64,000 nucleotides of DNA from the NCBI RefSeq assembly GCF_006345805.1, contig NC_043022.1, positions 25,048,001-25,112,000 of the forward strand. The letters run 5' to 3'. Below the pieces are notes generated by a model that was given only the letters and a program-made list of their open reading frames with translations, was not told the DNA's origin and did not search any database. Shown here piece by piece: positions 14,079-26,414 of this stretch; position 1 is the stretch's first letter; each line of letters begins with the position of its first letter. The DNA comes from Octopus sinensis (Eukaryota). Both the position numbers and the translations under genes were made by a program.

Positions 14079-17034
14079 ATTTAGAGGATAGCTAAATTGT
14101 ATAGTTTAACAATTTATTTCACTAGCTGGCTTCAAGAGGCTCACATCACACGCAAATACTACAAACAGTGACCAAAAGAGCAAAACAACCATACACGAAT
14201 CTGTCGCTCTAACTAGAAAAATAAAAAAGAAAGCAAGAAAAAACATAAACAAAACACAGTCGAAAACACACATAAACTGACATGAGCATCTATCTATACA
14301 CTGTCCTGGATGGGAGAGCCGAGTTACATAATGATGTGTAACAATTACTTAAATGAGCTGTGACAGCTAAATTGAGAATAACCCGCGCCACCAACTGACG
14401 GAAACAAAACAAAAAGCAAAATTGTTACCAGCCCTACTACATCTCCCAAGTGTCCCAATGTCCAATATCCAGGCAATCTGTCGACCCACCCTGGGTAGAT
14501 AGGATACACGGAAAGACAAACTTGAGGACAGAGAAACAAATATTAAAACTGCCGGGAGAATGTAGGAAAGGACGCAAGCATTGAAAACTAGGTTGATAAT
14601 AATATAATAATAATAATATAATGATATAATAATAATAATAATAATAAAAATAAAAGAATAATAATAATAAAAGAATAATAATAATAATATAATGATATAA
14701 TAATAATAATAATAAAATAATAAAAATAAAAGAATAATAATAATAAAATAATAATAATATTAATATAATAAAATAATATAATAATATAGAATGTAATGAG
14801 GGTGAGTGGGACAGGATTAGATAGTTTATAAGAGAGAGAGAGAGAGACTGAATGTAAGAGAGAGAGGTGAGAGTACGATAAAGAATTATGTAAGATGTTG
14901 GTGAAGTGAGGAGAGTAGAGAGATAGAAAGTGTGGGAGAGTGAGTGAGTGTGTATGTACATCTGTTTCTGTGTGTGGTGTGTGTGTATGTACATCTGTTT
15001 CTGTGTGTGGTGTGTGTGTATGTACATCTGTTTCTGTGTGTGGTGTGTGTGTGTGTGTGGTATTGATTGGTGACAAGAGTAGGTGGATGGAATTGGCAAC
15101 AGAACTCAGACAATACAACCGAAATTAAGACAATTCTGTTGCTCTCCTACGCAACTCACCGTCACCTCTCTCTCTCTCCCTGTCTGTCTCTCTCTCTCTC
15201 ACACACAAACACATACACGGAGCTTGTATTCCTTTTCTGGTTTATATTTCTGTCAACAGCTTTACATTTCTACTTTTTTTCCTTTTAGCAGATTCTGTTG
15301 TGCTTTTCTTCATCTCATCCTCTCCATCTTTCTCTCATACATACACTACATGACATCTATGTCTGTCTCTCTCACACTTTCACACACTACACCTCTCTCT
15401 CTCTCTATCTATCATACCATGTATGTCTCTATCTCTCTGTATCCCACGTGTTATCCTTTTCTCTCTATCACATACTTCATTTCTCTCTCTCTCTCTCCCC
15501 CCTACTTATTTATTTCTCCTTGTCACACAGTGTCTCTCTATTTTATTTACCCCTTCTAGTCTCTTTCCCTCCTTTTCCTTTCCTACTTCATCTCTGCTTG
15601 TCTCTCTGACCCCTTCTGCCAGTCTCTTTCTCCCACATACATCCTTGTGTCCATCACTTCCCGTCTTTTTTTCCAATCTCTCTCTCGCTCTCCTTCCTAC
15701 CCGCATTTGCTTTCTTATTTTATCTGTCTCTCTCTCTCTACCACTTTCTGTCTTTCTCTCTCTCTACCCCACTATCCACCTCGCTCTCTCTCACTCTCAC
15801 AAACCCTTAAGTTCTCTACCCAACATATCCATCTCTGCCTCACACATGTACATACAGTCTCTCCCTCCCTTTCTCTCACCACTCTCTCTCTCCCTCAAAT
15901 TCTCACTTTATGCTAATATCACTGTTTCATTTTGACCCCTGTCCATTTCGCCCCCCCTCTTTTCTCCACACCCTAAATTCTAACATAAACAACTCTTCAC
16001 CCACTCTTTATTTAACACCTCATATTTAATACCCCTTCAGTAGGCCCTCTCCCCACTTTTTCTCCCCCTCCCCCCCCCGGTCTTACCCTGAAACATTTAC
16101 ACAGTCTCTACCCTCTCGCCACCCTTTTCACTCCGACCCCTACCCCGAAACTCAACCATCCTAAATCTCTTACTCCAAGTCTCGATGGACCTCACATCCA
16201 TTCCTCACCTTCATCTTGTACAAATCGCCCCCACCCCCACCCCACCCCGCCATCAATGGTTCTTCTATCTCTCTGCAATATCTCTGACAACTGCCTTACA
16301 CCGACCCCCCCCTAACTCTTCTACCATTCGTTCAACCTTTTCTCTCTCCCCCCCCCCCGCATTCCCCACCACCACCAACAGCCCTTGCCACTCCATCATC
16401 ATCCGCCAATTCCATCCACAGTCTCCCAGACTACCAGACAATGGTACAAGATAACATGCCAGGAGCAAACTGAAGACAATTCCTCGTTTATTTAATTTCA
16501 AAAAAATCATTCACATCATTGAATTACGTTAGTTCATTGATGGCAGCCTGTATGTATGTATGTATGTATATATATGTGTGTGTGTATGTATGTATATATA
16601 TATGTATGTGTGTGTGTATGTATGTGTGTATGTATGTGTGTATGTATGTGTGTATGTATGTGTGTATGTATGTGTGTATGTATGTATGTATGTATGTATG
16701 TATGTATGTATGTATGTATATATGTGTGTGTGTGTGTGCATATATATGCCAGTGTCTCTTATATACACACATGTATGCATGTAGGTCTCTCTCTCTCTCT
16801 ACACACACACATTTACACTCAGCTACACACAAGTGTGTGTATGAATATATACATGTATATGTGCTTATGTATAAAAGTGTGTATATATGCCAGTCTGTCT
16901 CTTTTTGTCATACTCTTGTGTGTATATATGAATTCGTCAATTTCTCATTGTGTGGATGGGGATATACATACATACATATATATATACATATATAAATACA
17001 CATGTGCGTATATGTGAGTCCTTCTCTTTGTGTG

Positions 17035-17075
<41 letters not shown>

Positions 17076-18012
17076 ATATATACGTGTGTGTGTGGATGTA
17101 TGTAGCTTTGCACATTCTTTACTGCAGCATTAAATTTGTTCCTGAATTTGCCAGTTTGTTTTGTGTCAATAACACCACACACACCACACACACACACACA
17201 GAAAACATGTAAATAGAAGAACCAAAAGATTTTTCCAATTTTCCAACAGCTATTCCAACCTCACCACCAATCGTACACACACACAGACCTGCACGGCCGG
17301 CAAACACATACATGACACTAATTACACGAACATAATACACATACATACGCACACACACACACACACACATCTGCAATTATACACATGCAAAGAAACATAC
17401 CTGAGCAACCATACACACTCACACATACATACATGTTCACATACAATGACATTTGTGTCTGTGTGTGTATATATATATATAGGTAGAGACAGACACACTG
17501 ACACACACAATGTGACAAACACATACAGATAAACATTTAAGTATAAACATTTTTTTTCAATTTTCCAAATGCCTTCCTTCTCTCTAGCTCTTGTCATCTC
17601 TCGCGGTTTCCCTGCCTCCTTCTTCCATATATATATATATATATTATATACACACATAAGTGCCACCATTTCCCAGGTTATCTACTTCACTAATTTAACT
17701 AAATACTCGTATTTCACATAAAATATATTTATTTATTCATATTTTTCTTTCATTTATTTTACCATTTTTCCAGATTTTCTTCCATTTGCCCCAATTTTTT
17801 TCTTCTCAGTTACACATGCATATCTATTGTACATGTATATATGTAAGTATATATGTGTATGTTCATACATACACATTTATGTATATATCTATGCGTATGT
17901 ATATGTGCATATTTGTATATGCATGTATGTGTGTGTGTATATATATATATAGATAGATAGATAGAAAGACACACACATACACATAATTTGTAATAGTAAT
18001 ATTTTGAAATAA

Positions 18013-18088
18013 TTTAGTACATACGTTTCGGGTCTGTGTAGAATATAAAATGAAATGCATCTGTTATGTAATATCTTCCTCAGTTAAA
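18013..18088 (-). ncRNA. Degenerate hammerhead ribozyme
   Basis: CTGAGGA ... GAAA-CGTATG-TA. Stems I and II are imperfect. Confidence 0.3.
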
Positions 18089-18479
18089 ACATTTCAAATT
18101 GTCACAAATTCTGTGACTCAATGCCAATACAAACTGGCCAGTTCAGACTTCATTTATGCAAATATTCCAACAATGATTTAGAGTAATTTGCTATATTTGG
18201 CTTAAATCAAAAATTCTGGTATCATACACTGCTGCTTAGCATAACACGAAATATATATATATATCATCATCATCATTGTTTAACGTCCGCTTTCCATGCT
18301 AGCATGGCTTGGTCGAATGACTGAGGGGTGGCGAACCAGATGGCTGCACCAGGCCTCAATCTTGATCCGGCAGAGTTTCTACAGCTGGATGCCCTTCCTA
18401 ATGCCAACCACTCCAAGAGTGTAGTGGGTGCTTTTACGTGCCACCAGCACGGGGCCAGTCAGGCGACACTGGCAACGAC

Positions 18480-18838
18480 CTTGCACATGCAAGTGCTACC
18501 AGTCAAAATCTCCACATACCGGAAGCCAGCAAGTGTATGGGGTCATCAGGAGAGAATGTGTGCTGTTTTGGGGCCTTCCTCTCAATGGCATCAATGCGCA
18601 CCGGCCCCCCTCACTGATATGAGGCCCCACTTGCTAGATCAGCTGGTTATCAAATGGTTATTAAAATAAGCTCAATATCCTTCTAGTTATCGCTCATCGT
18701 CTCTTTTTAACCAAATCCAGTGGCTAGCCTTCTCCACTGTAGTTTGGATATCGGTCATGGTGGTATTGACTTTACGATGAGTTAGGCCTAGCGATAACAA
18801 CAGTCGTCTCACACTGTGTCCAACGAACCCTCTACATA
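18480..18838 (-). mobile_element. 5'-truncated HERO-type (restriction-like endonuclease) non-LTR retrotransposon 3' end
   Basis: The minus strand from 18836 translates CRGFVGHSVRRLLLSLGLTHRKVNTTMTDIQTTVEKASHWIWLKRDDER*, the C-terminal CRGF...E.AS.W.W.KR signature, followed by a 3' UTR. Confidence 0.75.
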
Positions 18839-21148
18839 ACTAAGACTGAATTATGAATTAATTGTTTGCCTAAACCATCCAAATGTGAGAAAGCATGAAT
18901 AGCTATGGCTACACTAAGACATGGGTGAATGTACAGCCCCAGGCTTAAGAAATTCCCCATGGTGCCAGTTTGGCAGTCACTGGAGCAGAGGCACAATTAC
19001 CTTGCATTATTTGTCTCAGTGCACTGAAGTATACTTTGCTGTTCAGAAAAATGACATACAGATTTACTATGTTTATTTATAGTTTCATAGTTCAGATGAG
19101 GCTCTGTTATTTTATATGAAGTTTCAGCATAAAAAACCATCCAACTACTTAGCCCTTGGTAGATGAGAAGCAGTACTGATCATATCGAAGCACTGTGTGT
19201 TGAGCAACTCTATGTCTCACTCTGTGTGGCACTGTGTTTTCATAGGGATCACACTGGGAAGAAACTGAAAATACACTGTTACCATGTAAAAAGCACCATT
19301 CGATCGTGGCCGTTTGCCAGCCTCGCTTGGCCTCCGTGCTGGTGGCATGTAAAAAGCACGATCTGATCGTGGCCGTTTGCCAGCCTCATCTGGCACCTGT
19401 GCCGGTGGCACGTAAAAAGCACCATCCGATCGTGGCCGTTTGCCAGCCTCGTCTGGCACCTGTGCCAGTGGCATGTAAAAAGCACCCACTACACTCATGG
19501 AGTGGTTGGCATTAGGAAGGGCATCCAGCCATAGAAACATTGCCAGATCAGACTGGGCCTGGTGCAGCCTTCTGGCTTCCCAGACCTCAGTTGCACCGTC
19601 CAACCCATGCCAGCATGGAAAGGATGAAAAATGATGTAGTTACTGAATGGTCTAATACTGGCACACAGCACAGACTGTCGTTACTAAACCAGTCTGCAAG
19701 GGGTTAACATGGTTCGAAGTTGTAAGCAAGTATTGTATTTTGTGAACCCTGCTGTGATGAGAAATTCTGAGAGACAGACAGACAGACAGTGAGTGAATGC
19801 ATGTGATGGTGTTTTGTTTTTAAGAATGGTGGGCACACCTACTAAAAAAAGCACCGTGGGGACAGAGTGAGAGAGACAGAGAAGGAGAGAGATGGGACAG
19901 AATGAGGTGGAGGTAGTGTTTTCCTATTCGGGCAGGTGGTGGAGGAGAAAGACAATAAAATACCCTTACCTTCCTCCTAAAACAATACTAAAATTAAGAT
20001 AGTTTGATGATAAGATACTGTGTTTAAGATGCAATAGCAATGACACACAAATTACAATACCAACAAAAAACAACACTAATAGTGGCACCAGTTCCTATTA
20101 TATCTGTGTGTGTATATGTGTGTATATGTGTATTTGTGAGTGTGGATAGATAGATAGATAGAGAGATAGATGTAAAATGGTGCAAGAGATCTTGTATTTC
20201 AAGAATGGAAAAGGGTTAAAAAAAAAAAAAAGCAGGGTGGGTGATGAAGATAAAAATTTACAAAAAGCAAAGCATAAAAAAAAAACAAATGCTCCAGAGA
20301 AAAGCATAAAAAAACCCAAAAATCCACCTTGACAGTTAAACATCCGACCTTAACAAATGAATGTTGTATGAAATTAAATGATAAATGCTTGATAAAATTA
20401 ATAGATAATTAGCTGATAAATAGAGCATGTTTGACAATGAAGTGGTGGGGAGGCCATTTCACTCTGACGTTGAGGGTAGGGGTAAAGTGATTACCAAGAA
20501 TGACAATGTGCATAAATATATATACATAAATATATATACATAAATATATATACATAAATATATATACATAAATATATATATATAAATATATATGTGCGTG
20601 TGTATATATAGGCTTGTTCATTCATCATCCCAGTTAAAGATTAACATCGTTATCCAGTTTCCATCAATTTTTCATATAATTGCTTCTTTTCCAGTCTTAT
20701 TTTTTTCTTTTTTTTCTATATTCAAATATATATATTTTTTTTTTTTAATTTCTTCTGTTTTCTTATTTCTTCAATTTCTTGAAAAAATTCTTCTTTGTTT
20801 GCCTGCAATTGTACTCCAATCACGACATTTCTTTCCTCTCTGCTTTCTGAGTGTCCTTTTAGCTATAGCTATCCATCTTCCTTGGAGTCAATTTTAAACT
20901 TCACTTCGCTCCGCTTGTCACCGGCAAATAACATCTTGTTTCCCTTGGGCAGTTGGAGGCATCATGTCCAGCTAAATTCCCCCATCAAATCACATTATTA
21001 TTATTAGGCAGACCATAAAATGGGATTTATGATAATGTAAGCAGCATTCTGGATTAACTTATCCTATACACACACACATACATACAAGCCAGTGTGTACA
21101 TACATACGTACATGTATCTAAATACATATGCAAGTATGTATGTGTGTC

Positions 21149-21189
<41 letters not shown>

Positions 21190-21192
21190 TAT

Positions 21193-21427
21193 GGTACACA
21201 CGCAGTCACATTTTGAATGTATATATAAATCATCATCATCATCATTTAACGTCCGTTTTCCATGCTAGCATGGGTTGGACGGTTCAACTGGGGTCTGGTG
21301 CAGCCTTCTGGCTTCCCAGACCCCAGTTGAACCGTCCAACCCATGCTAGAATGGAAAACGGACGTTAAATGATGATGAAGATGATATATATATATACATA
21401 CATTCAAAATGTGACCACGTGCGTACC
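21193..21427. repeat. Composite foldback palindrome of about 235 bp
   Basis: Family D tail arms at 21229-21298 and 21316-21385 (17-nt loop), plus outer arms GTCACATTTTGAATG / CATTCAAAATGTGAC. Confidence 0.9.
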
Positions 21428-21492
21428 GTTGGCGATTTTTTTTTTTTTTTTTTCCCTCCGTCTTCCCTTCTCTGGATCTTTCCTTTTCCTAT

Positions 21493-21527
21493 GTTTCTGA
21501 CGAAGAGCTTCGCTTGAAATGTAAAAC
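21493..21527 (+). ncRNA. Minimal type I hammerhead ribozyme, same family as 53908 (element about 21401-21630)
   Basis: GTTT-CTGACGA-A-GAGC-ttc-GCTT-GAAA-TG-TA-AAAC. Confidence 0.65.
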
Positions 21528-21968
21528 CCTCCTTCTTCCCTTCTTTCCTGAGCGTCCAATAATACTATATTTGTTCCATGTCCTCGCGTTGTTGTGTTTT
21601 CTCTGGGTGTTTTCATGTTTGGATTAACTATATATATATATATATATATGTCTGTGTGAGTGTGTTGTGTGGGTGTGGGTGTGTTTCCGTATCACCATTT
21701 GACAATCGAGGTCGGTGTGCTTAAATCCCTATAACCTAGCAGCTCAGCAAAAGAGACTGATAGAATAAGTACTTGGCTTAACAAATAAGTTCTGGGATCA
21801 ATTTGTTTAACTTTAAAAAAGAATTTTTTTAAAGCGGTGCTCCAGCATGGCCACAGTCAAATGACTGAAACAAGTAAAAGAATGACAGAACAGATTCGAT
21901 GCACAAATAACAAACTTGTTTAATAAATATTGCTTTTAAAAAGCATAAACCCCAAAATTGGTCGCGGC

Positions 21969-22056
21969 GGTGGGGTGGGGAGTTGATGGTGGTGGGGTGG
22001 GGAGTCGATGGTGGTGGGGTGGGGAGTCGATGGTGGTGGGGTGGGGAGTTGATGGT
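21969..22056 (+). repeat. 22-bp G-rich minisatellite, 4 copies
   Basis: Unit GGTGGGGTGGGGAGTYGATGGT. Confidence 0.85.
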
Positions 22057-22452
22057 GGTGGTATGGTTATGGTGATAATACTAGTCTCTGTTGTTAACGA
22101 TGATGAGGAAACTGCTGATATTAAGTAGGATTAGAATGTGGTGTGCCATATATGGTGGCACAGTGCAGTGGCTACATCAAACACCTTACTTACATTCCGA
22201 CTGATATGGCCATATGGAGAAATACTTCACTAGAAATAAACAGTAACGGAATAAAAAAAATGGAATAAATAAACAAAATTACATTTTTAAAAAAAATATC
22301 TTTCCAAACATAAATATATTAAACCACATTTTTATCTATCTATCTATCTATCTATCTAACTATCTATATATATACCGGAGTAAACACATAAATGTGAAAC
22401 AAGGTGGTAAAAAAGAGTACTCAAATACCAGTGGTAGAGTAATATGCAAAAA

Positions 22453-22490
22453 CTGTCTGACGAACGGGAACATGAAACTGAGAGTAACAG
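22453..22490 (+). ncRNA. Type I hammerhead ribozyme, separate family
   Basis: CTGT-CTGACGA-ACG-GGAA-CAT-GAAA-CT-GAG-AG-TA-ACAG. Stem II has one C.A mismatch consistent with CpG decay of ACG-GGAA-CGT. Confidence 0.6.
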
Positions 22491-22568
22491 GTTTTGTTGA
22501 ATTTTCTGCTGCTTTAAATAAAGTATCTATCTATCTATACATACATATAAATATATACATACATATAC

Positions 22569-22599
<31 letters not shown>

Positions 22600-22697
22600 C
22601 ATACACATATATATACACAGATCGCCATGTTGATTCGTTAGCTACTGCACGCATTTTTTTTCTCTCCTTCTTTCTGTGTTTTTTTTCTCTCTGTGTA

Positions 22698-22735
22698 TCT
22701 TTCTGTTGAAGAGTGTAGGCTCGAAACGTTAAAGA
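22698..22735 (+). ncRNA. Hammerhead-like motif with variant core CUGUUGA (element about 22621-22845; second copy of the 27801 family)
   Basis: TCTTT-CTGTTGA-A-GAGT-gtag-GCTC-GAAA-CG-TT-AAAGA. Confidence 0.5.
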
Positions 22736-23099
22736 CTTGTTTTATTTATATTTCCTGAGCGCCATACTAATACAATTGTTCGTTTGTTTTCCACCTGCCT
22801 TCGTCTTTTGTCTATTTTCATAAAGCTTCCCGTTATATATATGCATACATACATACATATATACATATACATATATATACATACATACATGCATACATAT
22901 ATATATATATAAAATGGGCTTTTACATGGCTTCCTTTTCCAAAATTTTACTGATAAGATACTAATTGCTAGTTGGGACATTATTTCGTTTTGAAGCCATT
23001 ATATACTGCAAAGTATATCAAAGGTTTATTAGTCATATTATAGCAGCAAAATTAAATGTAGCGTTTCTACCAGCAATTAATATGTATCATTTGCGAGGA

Positions 23100-23568
23100 C
23101 TGGTTTCTGTGCCAGTGGCACTTAAAGGGTACCGTTCGAGCGTGATCGTTACCAGCATCGCCTTACTGGCACTCATGCCCATGCTAGTAGGGTGCCAAGA
23201 CCACCATCCGAGTGTGATCATTGCCAGAGCAGCCAACTGGCTTCCATGCCAGTGGCACATAAAAGGGCACTATTCGAGCGTGATCATTACCAATGTTGCC
23301 TTACTGGCACCTGTGCTGGTGGCATGTGTAAAAAGATTCGAGCGAGATCGTTGCCAGTACCGCCTGACTGGCCCCCGTGCCGGTGGCACATAAAAGCACC
23401 CACTACACTCTCGGAGTGGTTGGCGTTAGGAAGGGCATCCAGCTGTGGAAACTCTGCCACATCAAGATTGGAGCCTGGTGCAGCCACCTGGTTCGCCAGC
23501 CCTCAGTCAAAATCGTCCAACCCATGCTAGCATGGAAAGTGGACGTTAAACGATGATGATGATGATGA
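23100..23568 (+). mobile_element. Abundant (GAT)n-tailed retroposon family D (copies also at about 5675-5995, 9376-9562, 12200-12528, 18262-18480, 19282-19622, 28165-28345, 34370-34550, 38061-38220, 60165-60500, 61486-61632)
   Basis: Shared 3' segment GAGTGGTTGGCGTTAGGAAGGGCATCCAGC...CCAACCCATGCTAGCATGGAAA.CGGACGTTAAACGATGATGAT and internal GTGCC.GTGGCA.GTAAAAAGCAC subrepeats. Confidence 0.75.
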
Positions 23569-23910
23569 ATAGCCTTATACTGCTAAACTTAGTGACTATT
23601 TAAGCCATGCGTTCATGGATAGTTAATGGACTGGACATGATACTGAAGAATAAGCAATAACTTCTGAAATATGCATATACACCTTTACATATTTTTCTAT
23701 CTTTGATCTCATTGTTTATGTAGATGTATTTGTATATGAAACGTCTTAACTTTCACTGCCTGCTCTAAATTCCATAGAATATCTGTAGATATAACATAAG
23801 AGCTACAAGACAGTGGTTAGTTAACCTGAGGCTATTACATAAGTTACCGGTCTAAGGTGTAATGGTATGGAATTATATTTAAAACCAAGTAGCTGTAAAT
23901 TAACCAATTA

Positions 23911-24306
23911 GGCGCAGGAGTGGCTGTGTGGTAAGTAGCTTGCTAACCAACCACATGGTTCCGGGTTCAGTCCCACTGCGTGGCATCTTGGGCAAGTGTC
24001 TCTGCTATAGCCCCGGGCCGACCAATGCCTTGTGAGTGGATTTGGTAGATGGAAACTGAAAGAAGCCTGTCGTATATATGTATATATATATGTGTATGTG
24101 TGTGTGTTTGTACCCCTAGCATTGCTTGACAACCGATGCTGGTGTGTTTATGTCCCCGTACCACTTAGCGGTTCGGCAAAAGAGACCGATAGAATAAGTA
24201 CTGGGCTTACAAAGAATAAGTCCCGGGGTCGATTTGCTCGACTAAAGGCGGTGCTCCAGCATGGCCGCAGTCAAATGACTGAAACAAGCAAAAGAGCAAA
24301 AGAGAG
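23911..24306 (+). mobile_element. tRNA-derived SINE (family A), full length
   Basis: GGAGTGGCTGTGTGGTAAG head, GGTTCAGTCC B box, internal TA/TG microsatellite, GAGTAAAA-type tail. Confidence 0.85.
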
Positions 24307-24486
24307 TTAACCCTGTCTGCACTGATACCCTCAAAACCAAATGTTTCTCATATACACAAAAACCAACATCCAATAAAGAAAAAAGAAACAATGACAATAA
24401 ACAACAATATAAATACAATAATGAAAGAACTTTCTTCCATTTGAACCCTTTTCTACGAAGTGAAAAATAATTAAACAGAAACTTAC

Positions 24487-24672
24487 TTTTAGTTACTACT
24501 CCTTCTAAGAAGATCACATTAGCATCTTCGAACTGACCCATAATACTAGCTTCTGTGAGGAAATCTAACCGATTCTTTTCTGTTGCTCCTGGTTTTAACG
24601 TTTTTATAGCGACCGTCATATCTTGACGACCAGGCACACGAAGTTTCCCTTTGCAAACGTCGCCGAATTCAC
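24487..24672 (-). CDS. Eph: Eph kinase exon: [62 protein letters not shown]
   Basis: 186 nt, phase 1 to 1. Acceptor ttccag, donor A|gtaagt. Contains the catalytic Lys and the alphaC Glu. Confidence 0.97.
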
Positions 24673-24785
24673 CTGGAAATGAAGAGTGAAAAAAGTAAAG
24701 TTATTAAATTATCCATTTTCTTCATTCTTTTGTTTAATTTGTTTCACAGTAACCTGTCTGTGACTGCCCTTGGTTCTAAAATACA

Positions 24786-25179
24786 TGATGGATGGAAGCA
24801 CTCCATCGGTTACGACGACGAGGGTTCCGGTTGATCCGAATCAACAGAACAGCCTGCTCGTGAAATTAACGTGTAAGTGGCTGAGCACTCCACAGACACG
24901 TGTACCCTTAACGTAGTTCTCGGGGATATTCAGCGTGACACAGAGAGTGACAAGGCCGGCCCTTTGAAATACAGGTACAACAGAAACAGGAAGTAAGAGT
25001 GAGAGAAAGTTGTGGTGAAAGAGTACAGCAGGGATCACCACCATCCCCTGCCGGAACCTCGTGGAGTTTTTTAGGTGTTTTCGCTCAATAAACACTCACA
25101 ACGCCCGGTCTGGGAATCGAAACCGCGATCCTATGATCGTGAGTCCGCTGCCCTAACCACTGGGCCATTGCGCCTCCAC
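24786..25179 (-). mobile_element. tRNA-derived SINE (family C) flanked by a 48-bp direct repeat
   Basis: Head TGGAGGCGCAATGGCCCAGTGGTTAGG with B box GGTTTCGATTCC; direct repeats at 24738-24785 and 25180-25228. Confidence 0.85.
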
Positions 25180-25324
25180 TTTGTTTCACAGTAACCTGTC
25201 TGTGACTGCACCTTGGTTCTAAAATACAAACTTCTTGTTCTAAAGTGATTTAACTTTCAAACTTCCATCAAAATTCCTAGTTCATTTATATTCTAAACTG
25301 AGATCTGATCTGAGACCCCCTTCG

Positions 25325-25650
25325 GTCATGACACTGACCATGGGATTGCACCTAGAAAGTTACCCTCTGAGGCACAAATCTGGGCAAGGTTGTTTTTTTA
25401 TGGAAGACCAGCAGTCGCCCATGCATACTGGCCTCCCTTCTCCACACCACCAGTGTTATCCAAGGGAAAGGCAAAGAGGCCGATATAACTTGGCACCTGT
25501 GACATCGCAACTCATTTCTACAGCTGAGTGAACTGGAGCAACGTGAAATAAAGTGTCTTGCTCAAGAACACAACACGCAGCCCGGTCCGGGATTCGAGCT
25601 CACAACCTCACGATCGTAAGCTCGACACTCTAACCACTGAGCCGTGCGCC
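25325..25650 (-). mobile_element. SINE with tRNA-Arg(ACG)-like head
   Basis: Minus strand GGCGCACGGCTCAGTGGTTAGAGTGTCGAGCTTACGATCGTGAGGTTGTGAGCTCGAATCCC, followed by a CORE-like GTGTTCTTGAGCAAGACAC segment. Confidence 0.75.
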
Positions 25651-26414
25651 TTTACATATTCCAAACACCAGCTTAATAATAAGATTCTTTTACTAAATTT
25701 TCTTCATTATCTTCAAAATTAATTTGAACAAAGGCAGTATAATTCAATTGAGACATAATGATAAAAAGTGAGAAGAAATATGCCTTCATGTATGTATGTG
25801 TGTATATTATATCAGAGCTATTGAAAATTGGATTTCTGAACATCAAACTAGATATAATTAAGTTATTTGTGTTTAATTGTGCAGTATATTTTCTTTATTT
25901 TATATTCATTATTTAATTTTTAATAATTATAATAGATCCAATGTAATCCAATCCTTTAAATTATAATCTGTATCAGTGTGGTAATCCAATGAAAAAATCA
26001 GAAACATACAAAAAAAAGAAAACAGTATGATGTGTGATGTTTCAGACAGTGGTCTTTTGTCATAAGATGAAAATTAAGAAAAAAAAACAAAAGGAACATT
26101 TTGCATTATATACAACCACCTTCAGCAGTACTATTGCTACTACTATTGCAAATCAATTATTTCCTAGCTCAGAGGTAAGAAATTTGGGTAGAAGTTCATT
26201 CAACAGACCCCAGTATTTGACTGGTATTTATTTGATCAGCTTCAAAAGCATTAAGTTTGACAGAATAGTCTGAATGCTAAATGGTTAAACATTTAATGGT
26301 TATGGCAGCGGATGGGACACTGGAATAAAATAGCAAACCAAAAGGGTGCATAGGTACAAAATGGTCAAGAATCAATGGCTGGTACCTATTGTGTTATTTC
26401 AGAGTAATATAATA

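Noticed and set aside
19970-19976. Minus-strand ttttag|GAGGAAG|gtaagg, a 7-nt micro-exon look-alike in the kinase intron
   Set aside because: It would frameshift the kinase, and the 18-nt alternative contains a stop. Such motifs arise by chance in 11.5 kb.
24242-24486. Read-through of the kinase exon into the intron (81 extra codons) as a truncated isoform
   Set aside because: The donor A|gtaagt is perfect and the extension is AT-rich intron plus SINE sequence.
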